DNA from: Histomonas meleagridis 2922-C6/04-290x
Taxonomy: Eukaryota > Protista > Parabasalia
DNA length: 64,000 nucleotides
NCBI GenBank assembly: GCA_020184695.1
Contig: JAANOX010000046.1
Location: forward strand, 62,001-126,000
Direction: 5' to 3'
Positions 42,546-53,151 of this stretch are shown here, one piece after another. The notes beneath the pieces were generated by a model that made no database searches, had not been told where the DNA came from, and saw nothing but the letters and a program-made list of their open reading frames with translations. Every line of letters starts with the position of its first letter. Positions within the stretch are counted from its first letter, which is position 1. The translations under genes and the position numbers were made by a program.

Positions 42546-44450
42546 GAATATTTAATACTTTTAGAATTAACATCTTGTTTAATGAGTAATTTAACTATTT
42601 CTAGGTGACCATTTTCAGATGCATTTATAAGTGCTGTTCTAAATAATTTGAATAATTTCCAAATATTGTTATAAAATAATATGTTGTTAAAATAAATAAC
42701 AAATAAAATATATTAATACTTTTAGCATTAACATTAATTCCTTTTTGTGCAAGAAGTCATTTAATTATTTCTATATCACCTTTTCAGATGCTAAAATAAG
42801 TGCTTATCATGATATTTCTCAAGTAATTTAACTACTTCAGTATGACCTTTTTGAATTGCTAATATAAATGCTGTATCAAATGATTTAAATAATTTCCAAA
42901 TATTATTTTGAAATATAAAATTATTATAATAAATTTTAAATAGATCAAATAAATATTTTTAGTATTAATATCAATTCCTTTTTGTTCAAGAAGTAATTTA
43001 ACTATTTCTGTACGACCATTATAAGATGCATTCATAAGTGCTGTTTCAAATAATTTAAATAATTTCCGTATATCGTTTTGAAATATAAAATTATTAAAAT
43101 AAATAATATCTTTAGCATTGGTATCAATTCCTTCTTGTTCAAGAAGTAATTTAACTATTTCTGTATGACCATTTTCAGATGCTTTCATAAGTGCTGTTTT
43201 AAATAATTTAAATAATTTCCAAATATTATTTTTAAACATCGAATTATTAAAATAAATATCAAATAAAACAAATAAATATTTTTAGTATTAATATCAATTC
43301 CTTCTTGTTCAAGAAGTAATTTAACTATTTCTATATGACCATTCCAAGATGCCCACATAAGTGCTGTCCAAAATAATTTAAATAATTTCCAAATATTATT
43401 TTGAAATATAAAATTATTATAATAAATATCAAATAAAACAAATAAATATTTTTAGTATTAATATCAATTCCTTCTTGTTCAAGAAGTAATTTAACTATTT
43501 CTGTATGACCATACATAGATGCTTTAATAAGTGCTGTTTTAAATAATTTAAATAATTTCCAAATATTATTTTTAAACATCGAATTATTAAAATAAATATC
43601 AAATAAAACAAATAAATATTTTTAGTATTAATATCAATTCCTTCTTGTTCAAGAAGTAATTTAACTATTTCTGTATGACCATACATAGATGCTTTAATAA
43701 GTGCTGTTTTAAATAATTTAAATAATTTCCAAATATTATTTTTAAACATCGAATTATTAAAATAAATATCAAATAAAACAAATAAATATTTTTAGTATTA
43801 ATATCAATTCCTTTTTGTTCAAGAAGTAATTTAACTATTTCTGTACGACCATTATAAGATGCATTCATAAGTGCTGTTTCAAATAATTTATATAATTTCC
43901 AAATATTATTTTGAAATTCTAAATTATTAAAATAAATCTTAAACAAAACATATAAATATTTTTAGTATTAATATCAATTCCTTTTTGCTCAAGAAGTAAT
44001 TTAACGATTTCTGTTCTACCATTCTCAGATGCCCACATAAGTGCTGTTCTAAATAATTTAAATAATTTCCAAATATTATTTTGAAATACCAAATTATTAA
44101 AATAAATTTTATCTTTAGTATTAATATCAATTCCTTTTTGTACGAGAAGTAATTTAACAATTTCTAAATGACCACTTATTGATGATTTTACAAGTGCTGT
44201 TTCAAATATTTTAAATAATTTCCAAATGTTATTTTGAAATATAAAATTATTAATAGAATCATTAATATAATAAAAAAAATATTTCGAACATTGATTTTAA
44301 TTTTTTTCTGTTTAAGAAGATATTTAACAACTTCAATATGTCCATTTTTAGAAGCTATTATAAATGCTGTATTAAAAAATTTAAATATTTACCAAATGTT
44401 ATTATAATATATCATATTATTCAAACAAATTTCAAATATATTTTAGAAAC
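42545..44450 (-). repeat. 170-nt-period ankyrin module/spacer array, locus 4 (10 intact modules plus 2 decayed modules after the stop)
   Basis: Anchors at 44364, 44194, 44041, 43871, 43701, 43531, 43361, 43191, 43038, 42868 (170 apart, twice 153); the tenth ends KLLEKYHDKHLF* at 42791; remnants at 42800 and 42631. Confidence 0.92.
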
Positions 44451-45665
44451 ATCCTTCATATTAACATCAATATTTTTATTTTTAATAACGTATTCAACAA
44501 GTTCTACATTACCTGATCTTGCAAATGATATAAACACATTATTTAGCAATTTTTTATTATCATCAAGAAAACATTTCATAATGAATAAATTTCCTAGAAA
44601 TGAAAACTCATTCATAAATGTTTCAAATTTCATTTTTTCAATTTCATACAAATATAAAAGAATTTCATACGAATTATTTAAAATACATTTTTTATAAAAC
44701 AATTTCAAATCGATAGTTTTAATAATATTATTTTCATAAAGATATTTAAAGATATCATTTCGATGAAATTCAATCGCTATTTCATATGATCCATAAAATG
44801 ATGAATGATTTTGTTCACACAAATGAATAATTTCAAGATTTCCACCTGCAACTGCATATTTACCTGTATCATTTACATTAGCATTATTCATAAGTAAATA
44901 TTTAAAACATTTAACTGATCCAAAAAATGCTGCATAATCAATTAATTGAACATTTTCTTGATTAATAAATGAACATCTTTCATAAATTGATGGCTCAATA
45001 TATTGATTAAAGTCAAATTTTGTTTGTGATGAAATTTCTTGAAGTTTTTCTATGTCATCATTTCGAATTATTTTTACCATTTCATTCGGATTAACTCCTT
45101 CTTTAATTAATTGCTTATGAAGTTCCCAATTGTTCTTTGAAAGTTGCTCATGGTTTTTAAAAAATGGATTATATTTTTCAACATTATTACATAAAATTAA
45201 ATGTTTCACATATAATTTTTTTATATAATGATAATCTGTTTTTGTCATTAAATGCATAAAATATAAAGAGTTTCTTTTGATTAATAAGTTATCATTAATT
45301 AAATTGTATTCAGACAGTTTTTTTAAAAGATAATCTGCTTCTTGAGTAGGAATGAAAAGAAGAAAATTTGTGAAAATGTTTATTATGTGAAATTTACAAT
45401 ATTGTTCATATTTTCTTGATAATGCTTCTAAAAAATTAAAGTAAACATCAAATTCATTCAACCGTGAAACAAACGCTGAATACACTAATTGACATGAAAT
45501 AGAAAAAACTGAATATGGATAATTTTGTCCAAACAAACTAAAAATTGATTCAACTGATTCTTTAACGTTATTACAATTCAATTTCAAAACAATTTCTTCA
45601 AGTGACTTTAAGTTTAATATTTCATTTACTATTGCTTCTGGAGATCTTTTGCTTAAGGGTTTCAT
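44421..45665 (-). CDS. DUF3447-type ankyrin-repeat protein, N-terminal ORF of ankyrin locus 4
   Basis: 414 aa; QLIDYAAFFGSVKCFKYLLMNNA motif; stops inside the first spacer. Confidence 0.85.
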   Translation of the reverse strand: MKPLSKRSPEAIVNEILNLKSLEEIVLKLNCNNVKESVESIFSLFGQNYPYSVFSISCQLVYSAFVSRLNEFDVYFNFLEALSRKYEQYCKFHIINIFTNFLLFIPTQEADYLLKKLSEYNLINDNLLIKRNSLYFMHLMTKTDYHYIKKLYVKHLILCNNVEKYNPFFKNHEQLSKNNWELHKQLIKEGVNPNEMVKIIRNDDIEKLQEISSQTKFDFNQYIEPSIYERCSFINQENVQLIDYAAFFGSVKCFKYLLMNNANVNDTGKYAVAGGNLEIIHLCEQNHSSFYGSYEIAIEFHRNDIFKYLYENNIIKTIDLKLFYKKCILNNSYEILLYLYEIEKMKFETFMNEFSFLGNLFIMKCFLDDNKKLLNNVFISFARSGNVELVEYVIKNKNIDVNMKDVSKIYLKFV

Positions 45666-45827
45666 TTTGCCACTTTCGAATAAAAAAGCATTTGAATGAA
45701 ATAACCGCTAACGATAACGTAGTAAAACCCGTTATAATTTGAGCGCATCGTTTCGGTTTGTGTAAACAAAATAATTACAATAAGAATAAATTTTTGTTCT
45801 CTTTTTCTTTGTTATATTATAAATCTT

Positions 45828-45948
45828 TTGATAAATTGATTTTACATAATAAATCATGAAAATATTTAGGCTTTTAAATGAATTTTAGGAAGATAAAAAT
45901 AAATTTAAAAATATTCAAGAAAAAAAAAATTGTTCGTTCGATAAAGAT
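45828..45948. repeat. Right arm of the ~121-bp inverted repeat flanking ankyrin locus 4
   Basis: TTGATAAATTGATTTTAC...TTGTTCGTTCGATAAAGAT, the inverse of 42424-42545. Confidence 0.9.
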
Positions 45949-46507
45949 TTGTTTAGGTAAAGGACTAACACCGAGATTCATCAATGATTTTATCAACATA
46001 TGACGATAAAATGATTGAAATGGATTCATAGTTAAATATCACATTTCTTGTGCTGATTTTGTTATAGATTTCTTGATAACTCAAAATACTATTTTGTTTA
46101 GTTTAATGATGACGAATTAAAAAAATAATACGAAGTGAAATAATTAAAATAATTATAACACAAACAATAATAAAATAATATTACAAATAAATAAAACATA
46201 AATTTTTTGATTAAGCACCATTTTTATTTTATAAAAAAAAAAAAATAAAATAATTAAAATTATGACAAATTTCGGATTTGGATCACAATTTGTTATATAA
46301 ATATTTTATGAATAAATGCGAGTTAATGCTCAGTGAATAAGAGTATAACAACATCCTGATGTTTCAGAAAAGTAATTTGGAAAAAACCACAAAAAGTGAC
46401 ACAGGTGTGCAAACGTACGTTTCAAAAATATTTCCTTCACAATAACCGAAATATTCTCACAATCAATCTTTATCAAAAACACATATCATAAATTTTTTAC
46501 AAGCTAG

Positions 46508-48874
46508 ATGAGTCTACCTCCAAATTTTGATTATCACTTAACACAAAGCGAAAAAGAACACGTAGGAAAGTTAGTTCCAGCAAATCAAGCAAAAATTCAT
46601 TTTGCATTTCGTGCTAATATCATATATGAAGATACGTCATATCAAAATGTATGCGTAGCTCTATCAGAGCACATGATAAATATTTGCAAAAAACAATTTT
46701 TTGGATTTACAATGGGTGTTTTAGAAACCATTCATTTTTTTAAAATCAAGTCCTTAACAGTTCAAAAAGATAAAGTTCAAATTCAATTACCGGAATCCTC
46801 TCTTACTATCTTCACCCCAGTTATTATAACTTTTGTTAATCTTCTTCTTCGAAATTATATTTTAGCTTCTCCAATGTTACCTTCAAAGTATCGTTTTCAT
46901 TTTCGTCCTTATGATTTTTCACTTTTCACCAAGCCTCATGTTCTTCTTTCCCCATCGCAACAGTTTCAATTTTCATATAACTCAAATTGTTCATTTTATG
47001 AAACTAGTTATTTCCATGAAATTCCAACTCTTTATCATCATCTTCTTAATATTCGCAACTGTATTTTTGATCTGAATGATTTACCACTTCATGTCATCGA
47101 GAATGGATTATCAGGTGAAAGTGATACTCGACCACTTATGACGTCACTAATGTTTTCTCCGTACATCTATGGGTTTAATTGTTCGAACATTTCCAAACCT
47201 GATATCATTTCATCCATTTCTTCATTCGTCAAGCATAGTAACACATTAAGAATTTTACGACTTGTCAATGCATCTATTGAATCAAATTCCATTCAATTAT
47301 CCAAAGCAATACAGCAAAATCGACAATCGTATATTATCTATTGGGATTTATCTAATAATATGATTAATGATATTTCTAATTTGTTATTATCATTAGAAGA
47401 ATATCCAGTTCCCATTCAAACATTAAAACTTAATAATTGTGATTTAGATGATGTTGAAATATTATATTTATTAACATCATTAATTAACAATTCTAATTTA
47501 CATTCGATTCGACATTTAGGTTTTTATGGGAGTAAAATTAATGTGTCGAATTGTGAATATTTATGTGATTTACTTGAGATATTAAATGAAGAAAGTTTGG
47601 AATGTCTTGAAATAGGGCCAATTATTAATCCGAATGTGGTCTTTCAAACATTATATGAAAGACCACAACCAATGAAATCATTAAAAATATATAATACATA
47701 TTTTAATAAAGAAATTGTGGATACATTTAACCAATATATTAATTCATTAACGAAATTAGAAGAATTAGATTTATCATATTGTAATTTCGATGATAATATT
47801 CTCGAACAAATATTAAACGTTTTATTAAGTAATGAATTCATTACGAAAATTAAAATAAAATTAAATTGTATTAAGTTAAAAGGTAATAAACTTAATAACT
47901 TAATTAATTCAGTTACTGAAAACCTTAATAAAATAATTGGCATCGAACTCGATGAGAATTATTTCACTGTTTTAGAATTACAAAACTTAATAAAATATTT
48001 AAATCATATGGAAAACCTTGAAACGATTTCATTATCAAATAACTTCACGAAGAAATTTGTTAATATTTCATCGGAACTCATAAAAATTCTTCATTTACCA
48101 AAACTTAAGAAGATAATATTAAAAGGTAATGACACATATTATTTAGAAAGAGAAACATTACCAATAATTGAAGAACTTATTAATAATGATACAATCGAAT
48201 ACATTGATTTAAGTGGTAATAAATTTGGTGATGAAGGATTACTTAAATTAATTAATGTAATAAAGAATAACAAAACATTAAAACATATAATTATTAACAA
48301 TGAAAACATATTACAAATACAAAACATTTATAACTTATTAGAAGTAATAATTAAAACATCGAAAACTTTAATCGAATTTCCTTTGCCGAATGATGATATA
48401 TATAACATATTAAGTAATGGTAATCTCGAACAAGAAAAATTGGAAATTTATAATTTACAAATGCAATTACAAAAATGTTTAATATCAAACAGAGTAAAGT
48501 TCGGATTCGTTTCGAATTTGTACTTGTTAAATGATAATGTTCTAAATGAAATAATGGACGAAATGACAATGGATATGAACGAAAGATTAAATGATATATT
48601 AATTAATGAACACTCGGCTGCAAATGTGTTGGTGGGCTTACCAATGCCTTTCGAAACAGAAAATATCGAAGAGTTCGAAAATTTGATTGAAGAAAACGCA
48701 GAAAATGATTCGATGTTGTTAAACGGAAGCGTGAAGGAACATACGGATGAAGAAGTGGTGAATGATTTGAAGGAAATGTTGGAGAAGTTGCAGTCGAGAA
48801 GAAATGAAAGAAAAACAAAAACATATCTCATGTTTGAGGAAGACTTTGACGATGATAATAACGAAGAAAATTAA
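46508..48874 (+). CDS. RNI-like leucine-rich repeat protein (CARMIL-like architecture)
   Basis: 788 aa; N-terminal PH-like region, then LRRs (WDLSNN, LKLNNC, LDLSYC, IDLSGNKFGDEG). Confidence 0.7.
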   Translation: MSLPPNFDYHLTQSEKEHVGKLVPANQAKIHFAFRANIIYEDTSYQNVCVALSEHMINICKKQFFGFTMGVLETIHFFKIKSLTVQKDKVQIQLPESSLTIFTPVIITFVNLLLRNYILASPMLPSKYRFHFRPYDFSLFTKPHVLLSPSQQFQFSYNSNCSFYETSYFHEIPTLYHHLLNIRNCIFDLNDLPLHVIENGLSGESDTRPLMTSLMFSPYIYGFNCSNISKPDIISSISSFVKHSNTLRILRLVNASIESNSIQLSKAIQQNRQSYIIYWDLSNNMINDISNLLLSLEEYPVPIQTLKLNNCDLDDVEILYLLTSLINNSNLHSIRHLGFYGSKINVSNCEYLCDLLEILNEESLECLEIGPIINPNVVFQTLYERPQPMKSLKIYNTYFNKEIVDTFNQYINSLTKLEELDLSYCNFDDNILEQILNVLLSNEFITKIKIKLNCIKLKGNKLNNLINSVTENLNKIIGIELDENYFTVLELQNLIKYLNHMENLETISLSNNFTKKFVNISSELIKILHLPKLKKIILKGNDTYYLERETLPIIEELINNDTIEYIDLSGNKFGDEGLLKLINVIKNNKTLKHIIINNENILQIQNIYNLLEVIIKTSKTLIEFPLPNDDIYNILSNGNLEQEKLEIYNLQMQLQKCLISNRVKFGFVSNLYLLNDNVLNEIMDEMTMDMNERLNDILINEHSAANVLVGLPMPFETENIEEFENLIEENAENDSMLLNGSVKEHTDEEVVNDLKEMLEKLQSRRNERKTKTYLMFEEDFDDDNNEEN

Positions 48875-48945
48875 TAAAAATCTGTTTTTGATTAAATTTT
48901 TTTGTGTAACTTTTACATAAAATCAAATTTATACGTCAAAGAAAA

Positions 48946-49087
48946 CATTGTTTTTCACTTGTGGATTCACTATCTTTAGAATCTGTAACAAAACAATGGG
49001 TTCCAGAAATAAGACACTACTGTTCTGGTGTTCTTATTCTTTTAGTCGGTACGAAATCCGATATTAGAGATCAACCAAACCCTAAAG

Positions 49088-49093
<6 letters not shown>
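48946..49093 (+). pseudogene. Rho/Rac GTPase gene fragment
   Basis: HCFSLVDSLSLESVTKQWVPEIRHYCSGVLILLVGTKSDIRD matches the Rho beta4-G4 region; no P-loop upstream; cut by (TA)n and a transposon. Confidence 0.75.

Positions 49094-49176
<83 letters not shown>
49094..49176. repeat. (TA)n microsatellite, about 41 units
   Basis: Perfect dinucleotide run. Confidence 0.98.
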
Positions 49177-49179
<3 letters not shown>

Positions 49180-49183
49180 CCGA

Positions 49184-50934
49184 CAGTTAGGGATTTAAAC
49201 GTGTCCTAGGAATCGAAGTGGTCCCATACGTTAAAATACGTTAATAAATAATCTTTAATAAAACCTCATTTTTCTCAATGTCAACATCAACACCAGCAAT
49301 GCCACTAGATGAAATTAAACAAAAATTAGATACTATTGATATTTCTTAAAGATTTACTCGATCATTATTAAGGAATTCAGACTTTATGAACTTAGAATAT
49401 AAAAATCATCAGTTTTGTTTTCTTCACAAATATGCATCTGAATCAGATGATGTTACTTTCACTTTTTATCAACTAGCATTCGTCTTTAATATGTGCCGTA
49501 AAACTGTATCTAGAAGTATTTCAAACGGCCCACAAGATCCAAAATCTTTAGGTCGACATAGAGCCTTAGATGAAGATAAAAAAGAAATAATTGTTCAAGC
49601 AATTATTGATTCATCTAATAAAGGTCATGCAATGACCCAAAGGCAGCAATTATCTTTTATCAAAGAAAAATTTGATTTATTTTTAACAAAGGAATGGATA
49701 AATCAATTTTATCTTAGAAATATAGATAAAATTAAAAAATGTAGATCACTTCCTCAAGAAAACACAAGAATGACAGTTTCTAGATAGCATATAAGAGAAC
49801 ATATCCAAAACATGCATAAACATGTGGATGGAAGATTAACAGAATTAGTTTTTAATTTAGATGAAGTAGGCACTTCATCTTGGGAAGATCGAAATCCGAA
49901 GATAGTTTATGTTGATGCTAAAATTAACTCAAACAATGTTCATCATTTTTCAAAAAGAAAAGTAATTCATATGACACTCCTTACACGTGTTTCAGCAGCA
50001 GGTGATGCTCTTACTCCCATGTTAAAATAACCAAACACTTATATAGTGATGATTTATGGATAAACGGTTTACGACAGAATGAAGATGTAATGATTCGTAT
50101 TCGAAATCCACCTTACGTTGATTCTGAGTTATTTAATGAATATATTAATGATGTATTGATTCCATATGTCAAATGTGTAAGAGAAAAATATGAAGTTGAG
50201 AAGTATGAAGCAATTTTATTAATGGATTCATTTGGTGCGCATTGTAACGTTGATATTTTAAATGTTCTCGGAGAAAATAAAGTAATTGTTGCATGTTTTC
50301 CTTCCCATACCACAAACATTTCCCAAGCCCTTGATTTGTCATTATTTGGCGTATTTAAAAAAATCGAAAATACTGAAGATGAAGAAAGCCAAAAATGGTA
50401 GAAAATGCAATTATTGTCATATTAAAGGCATATGAGCAGACCACAACATCATTTAACATTCGTGGGGTATTCAGGAGGGCAGGAATATATACTAAAACTG
50501 TTGCTGGTAAGAGAGTTGTTGAATTTGTTGCCAAAGAGCTGGTTTCGAATCCGGGATTTCATGAACTTTGGAATTTTAATATAAAAATCGATGAAGTCAA
50601 AAAGAAAAGGCAACACAAATTCGGCATCGTGAATTCTGAATACCTTCCACCTGGTTGTACTTTTATTAGCAACGAAACTCCAAAATATGAAGATGAAGAT
50701 GAAATAAATCAACTTTTGCAATAAAAATTAAATTGCACTTTTTTACTTATCTATTTGAGATATCATAGTTTAAATAAATATTTATACTTAAAAGAATAAT
50801 TTAAATTATTTTTATAAATATAAATTATTAAAACCAATAAATAAATGAGATATTTATGTTTCAAAAATTTCTGACATCTAAGTGTAAACGTATGAACAAC
50901 TTTAATTCATGGGACACGTTTAAATCCCTAACTG
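49184..50934 (+). mobile_element. Decayed pogo/Tigger-like (Tc1/mariner superfamily) DNA transposon
   Basis: 23-bp perfect TIR CAGTTAGGGATTTAAACGTGTCC, imperfect to about 50 bp; TA on the right flank; internal DDE_1-type transposase. Confidence 0.85.
49278..50724 (+). pseudogene. DDE_1 (pogo/CENP-B-like) transposase pseudogene
   Basis: FNLDEVG, LLMDSFGAH, SQALDLSLFG motifs; stops at 49347, 49785, 50028 and two frameshifts; Inr-like TCATTT at 49266. Confidence 0.85.
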
Positions 50935-51218
50935 TATTTTTTCAGATAGAGGGCAAAAAAAAGATATATTTCGACTCTTTAATGTGCGGTCTTGATGATG
51001 ATTATAATTAATGAACTTTGAATTTTTGTAAATGTATTGAACTACGATTTTCAGTATTATAAAAGTAAGAAATTTTAAAATGTATCAAAGTTAAAATTCT
51101 TCTGCATTTAAAATTATTCAACAATGGTTATGTGTTTTTAATTAATTAAAATGTATTTGCTAAGAATTGTTAAAAAACAAATGATATTAAAATTTTATTT
51201 ATATAACTTAAAACACGT

Positions 51219-52763
51219 TCAATTATATCTTTGTTTTGCCTTTTTGAATCTAGATAATGGATTATCTTCTTCTTGTTCTTCTTTACCTTCTTTCTCCTCT
51301 TCTTTCTGTTTCATCTTCTTTTCCAAGAGTTGTTTATTATACTCTTCCTTCATCATTTGTATTCTCTTTTCCATGGATAATCTCTTTTCTTTTGTACCTG
51401 ACGCATGTTCTTCTGGTTTCTTTATCATTCTGTGTTTTTCTAATTCTTTTGCACGATTCATTTGCTTATCGATGGGGCGCCCCACTTTAAACGGTCCCTC
51501 TCTCTCCATTGTGATCATGTCGTATGGGATTTTATCTAATAAGCCCCGAACTTCTTGTTCTTGCCTCCATCTTTTCGTTGCATAAGGGTTTGCGACGTTA
51601 GAGTCAATATTAGGTTCACCACTGCCAGGAACAACAGCAGAAGAAATTCCATTTTCTAAACCACAAATAGCAAAATCATCGAATGTTACAAATTTCAATG
51701 ATTTAATTGGCGAATTAAAGTTATTTTTCAAAAATGGATTTTTGGCATCATAAGTCTTATAGAAGAAAACGACAGTTCCACGTGCTGCTGCTAAAACACC
51801 AGTAGCAGAAAATGCAACAGATGAAGCAATGAAATCACTTGTTCGAGAATAAATGCGATCAAAATTACGCATATCCCATATTTTAACAGTTCCATCACAA
51901 CCAGCTGTAGCTAATTTATTACCACTGATATCAATATCAATAGATGTAAGTGGTGCTGGATGCGTAAAAACTGTGGCAGCTGGTTCTGCCATGTTTGGTG
52001 TCCAAAAAGATACAACACCATTGCCTTGCCCAAGAGATACAACACCGTTGTGACGGTTGTAGCACATGCAGTTGGGGCGCCCCCGTTTAGTTCTGATGTT
52101 GGCGACCGTTTTGCCATCGGTTACATCACTATAAACAAGACGACCGTTCTCGCTGGCAGAAACAAGAAGCCAATGTTGGCGAAGGAATGTAATGAAAAGG
52201 GGTTTCTTGTGGTCTAAAAGTTCATGAATTTGAACTCCATTCTTATCATGAATATAAACAAGCTTATTTGTTGCCATTGCTGATAATGTATCATCATAAA
52301 GAAATGTGACATCACGAACTTCACCTTCAGGGAAAAGTTCAAAAAACTTTTTACCTGTATACCAATCAAATGATGCAAAATGGCCACCTGATCCACCTAA
52401 TAAAATTGTCCTGCCATTAAGGGTAATATCTGCTCTATATGGGCCGTTATCTAATTTAAAATCGAATTTTCTAGCTGCAATTACAATTGGAATATCGTCT
52501 AAAATTTGATTTTGTGTAAGAAGTTCATCACCTTGGATATAACCTTTGTCAACTGTTTTAAGCATTTCGGAGCGTGCAGCACCACGTGCAGCACGAACGA
52601 AATCATTTCGATTATTAACAAGTTCTCTTTTTACAGTTAAAGATTTTACTTCTGATAAATCTTCTTCATTACCATCAGCACCTCTGAGATAATTTTCATA
52701 TACTTCTTTTTCTTCTGGGATGAACCATTGGTCTCTGTCTATTTCTTGGTCATTCCTTTTCAT
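51219..52763 (-). CDS. WDR46: WD40 SSU processome protein Utp7/WDR46 (BING4)
   Basis: WD40 repeats plus BING4CT motif VPGSGEPNIDSNVANPYATKRWRQEQEVRGLLDKIPYDMI. Confidence 0.9.
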   Translation of the reverse strand: MKRNDQEIDRDQWFIPEEKEVYENYLRGADGNEEDLSEVKSLTVKRELVNNRNDFVRAARGAARSEMLKTVDKGYIQGDELLTQNQILDDIPIVIAARKFDFKLDNGPYRADITLNGRTILLGGSGGHFASFDWYTGKKFFELFPEGEVRDVTFLYDDTLSAMATNKLVYIHDKNGVQIHELLDHKKPLFITFLRQHWLLVSASENGRLVYSDVTDGKTVANIRTKRGRPNCMCYNRHNGVVSLGQGNGVVSFWTPNMAEPAATVFTHPAPLTSIDIDISGNKLATAGCDGTVKIWDMRNFDRIYSRTSDFIASSVAFSATGVLAAARGTVVFFYKTYDAKNPFLKNNFNSPIKSLKFVTFDDFAICGLENGISSAVVPGSGEPNIDSNVANPYATKRWRQEQEVRGLLDKIPYDMITMEREGPFKVGRPIDKQMNRAKELEKHRMIKKPEEHASGTKEKRLSMEKRIQMMKEEYNKQLLEKKMKQKEEEKEGKEEQEEDNPLSRFKKAKQRYN

Positions 52764-53151
52764 TTTGGGGTGACCTTGTTTTCACATCACATGTCTTTGT
52801 TACTACATTTCGGAGAAATTCTCTTAAAATACTATTCATTAAGGTATATAAAAGAGAATAAATAACAATATCTAAGTTATTTCTTAAACAGCAAACTGAT
52901 ATTAACCATAAAAATTTTGATTTAGTTTAATTTATATTAATTTAGATAATATATAATTTAAAATCAAGACCAAGAAATCACCTAAAAAAATCAAAAAAAG
53001 TAATGTGATTTACTTGTAAGACAAAAGAAATCAGGTATATAGATTCCTTTTGATCCTCCTTTAACTCCTCAGGACATTTAAATACTTTACGTGATCGGAC
53101 TTAATTGGCCTGAAACAAGGAAATAAACGTTCAAAAAGGAGAAAGCTCCAA

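Noticed and set aside
42545-44450. CRISPR-like appearance of the regularly spaced arrays
   Set aside because: Eukaryotic context and no cas genes; the period (170 nt) is far too long; the variable part encodes ankyrin modules rather than foreign spacers.
48961-49209. 82-aa ORF with a YIYI run
   Set aside because: Rho pseudogene fragment read through the (TA)n microsatellite.
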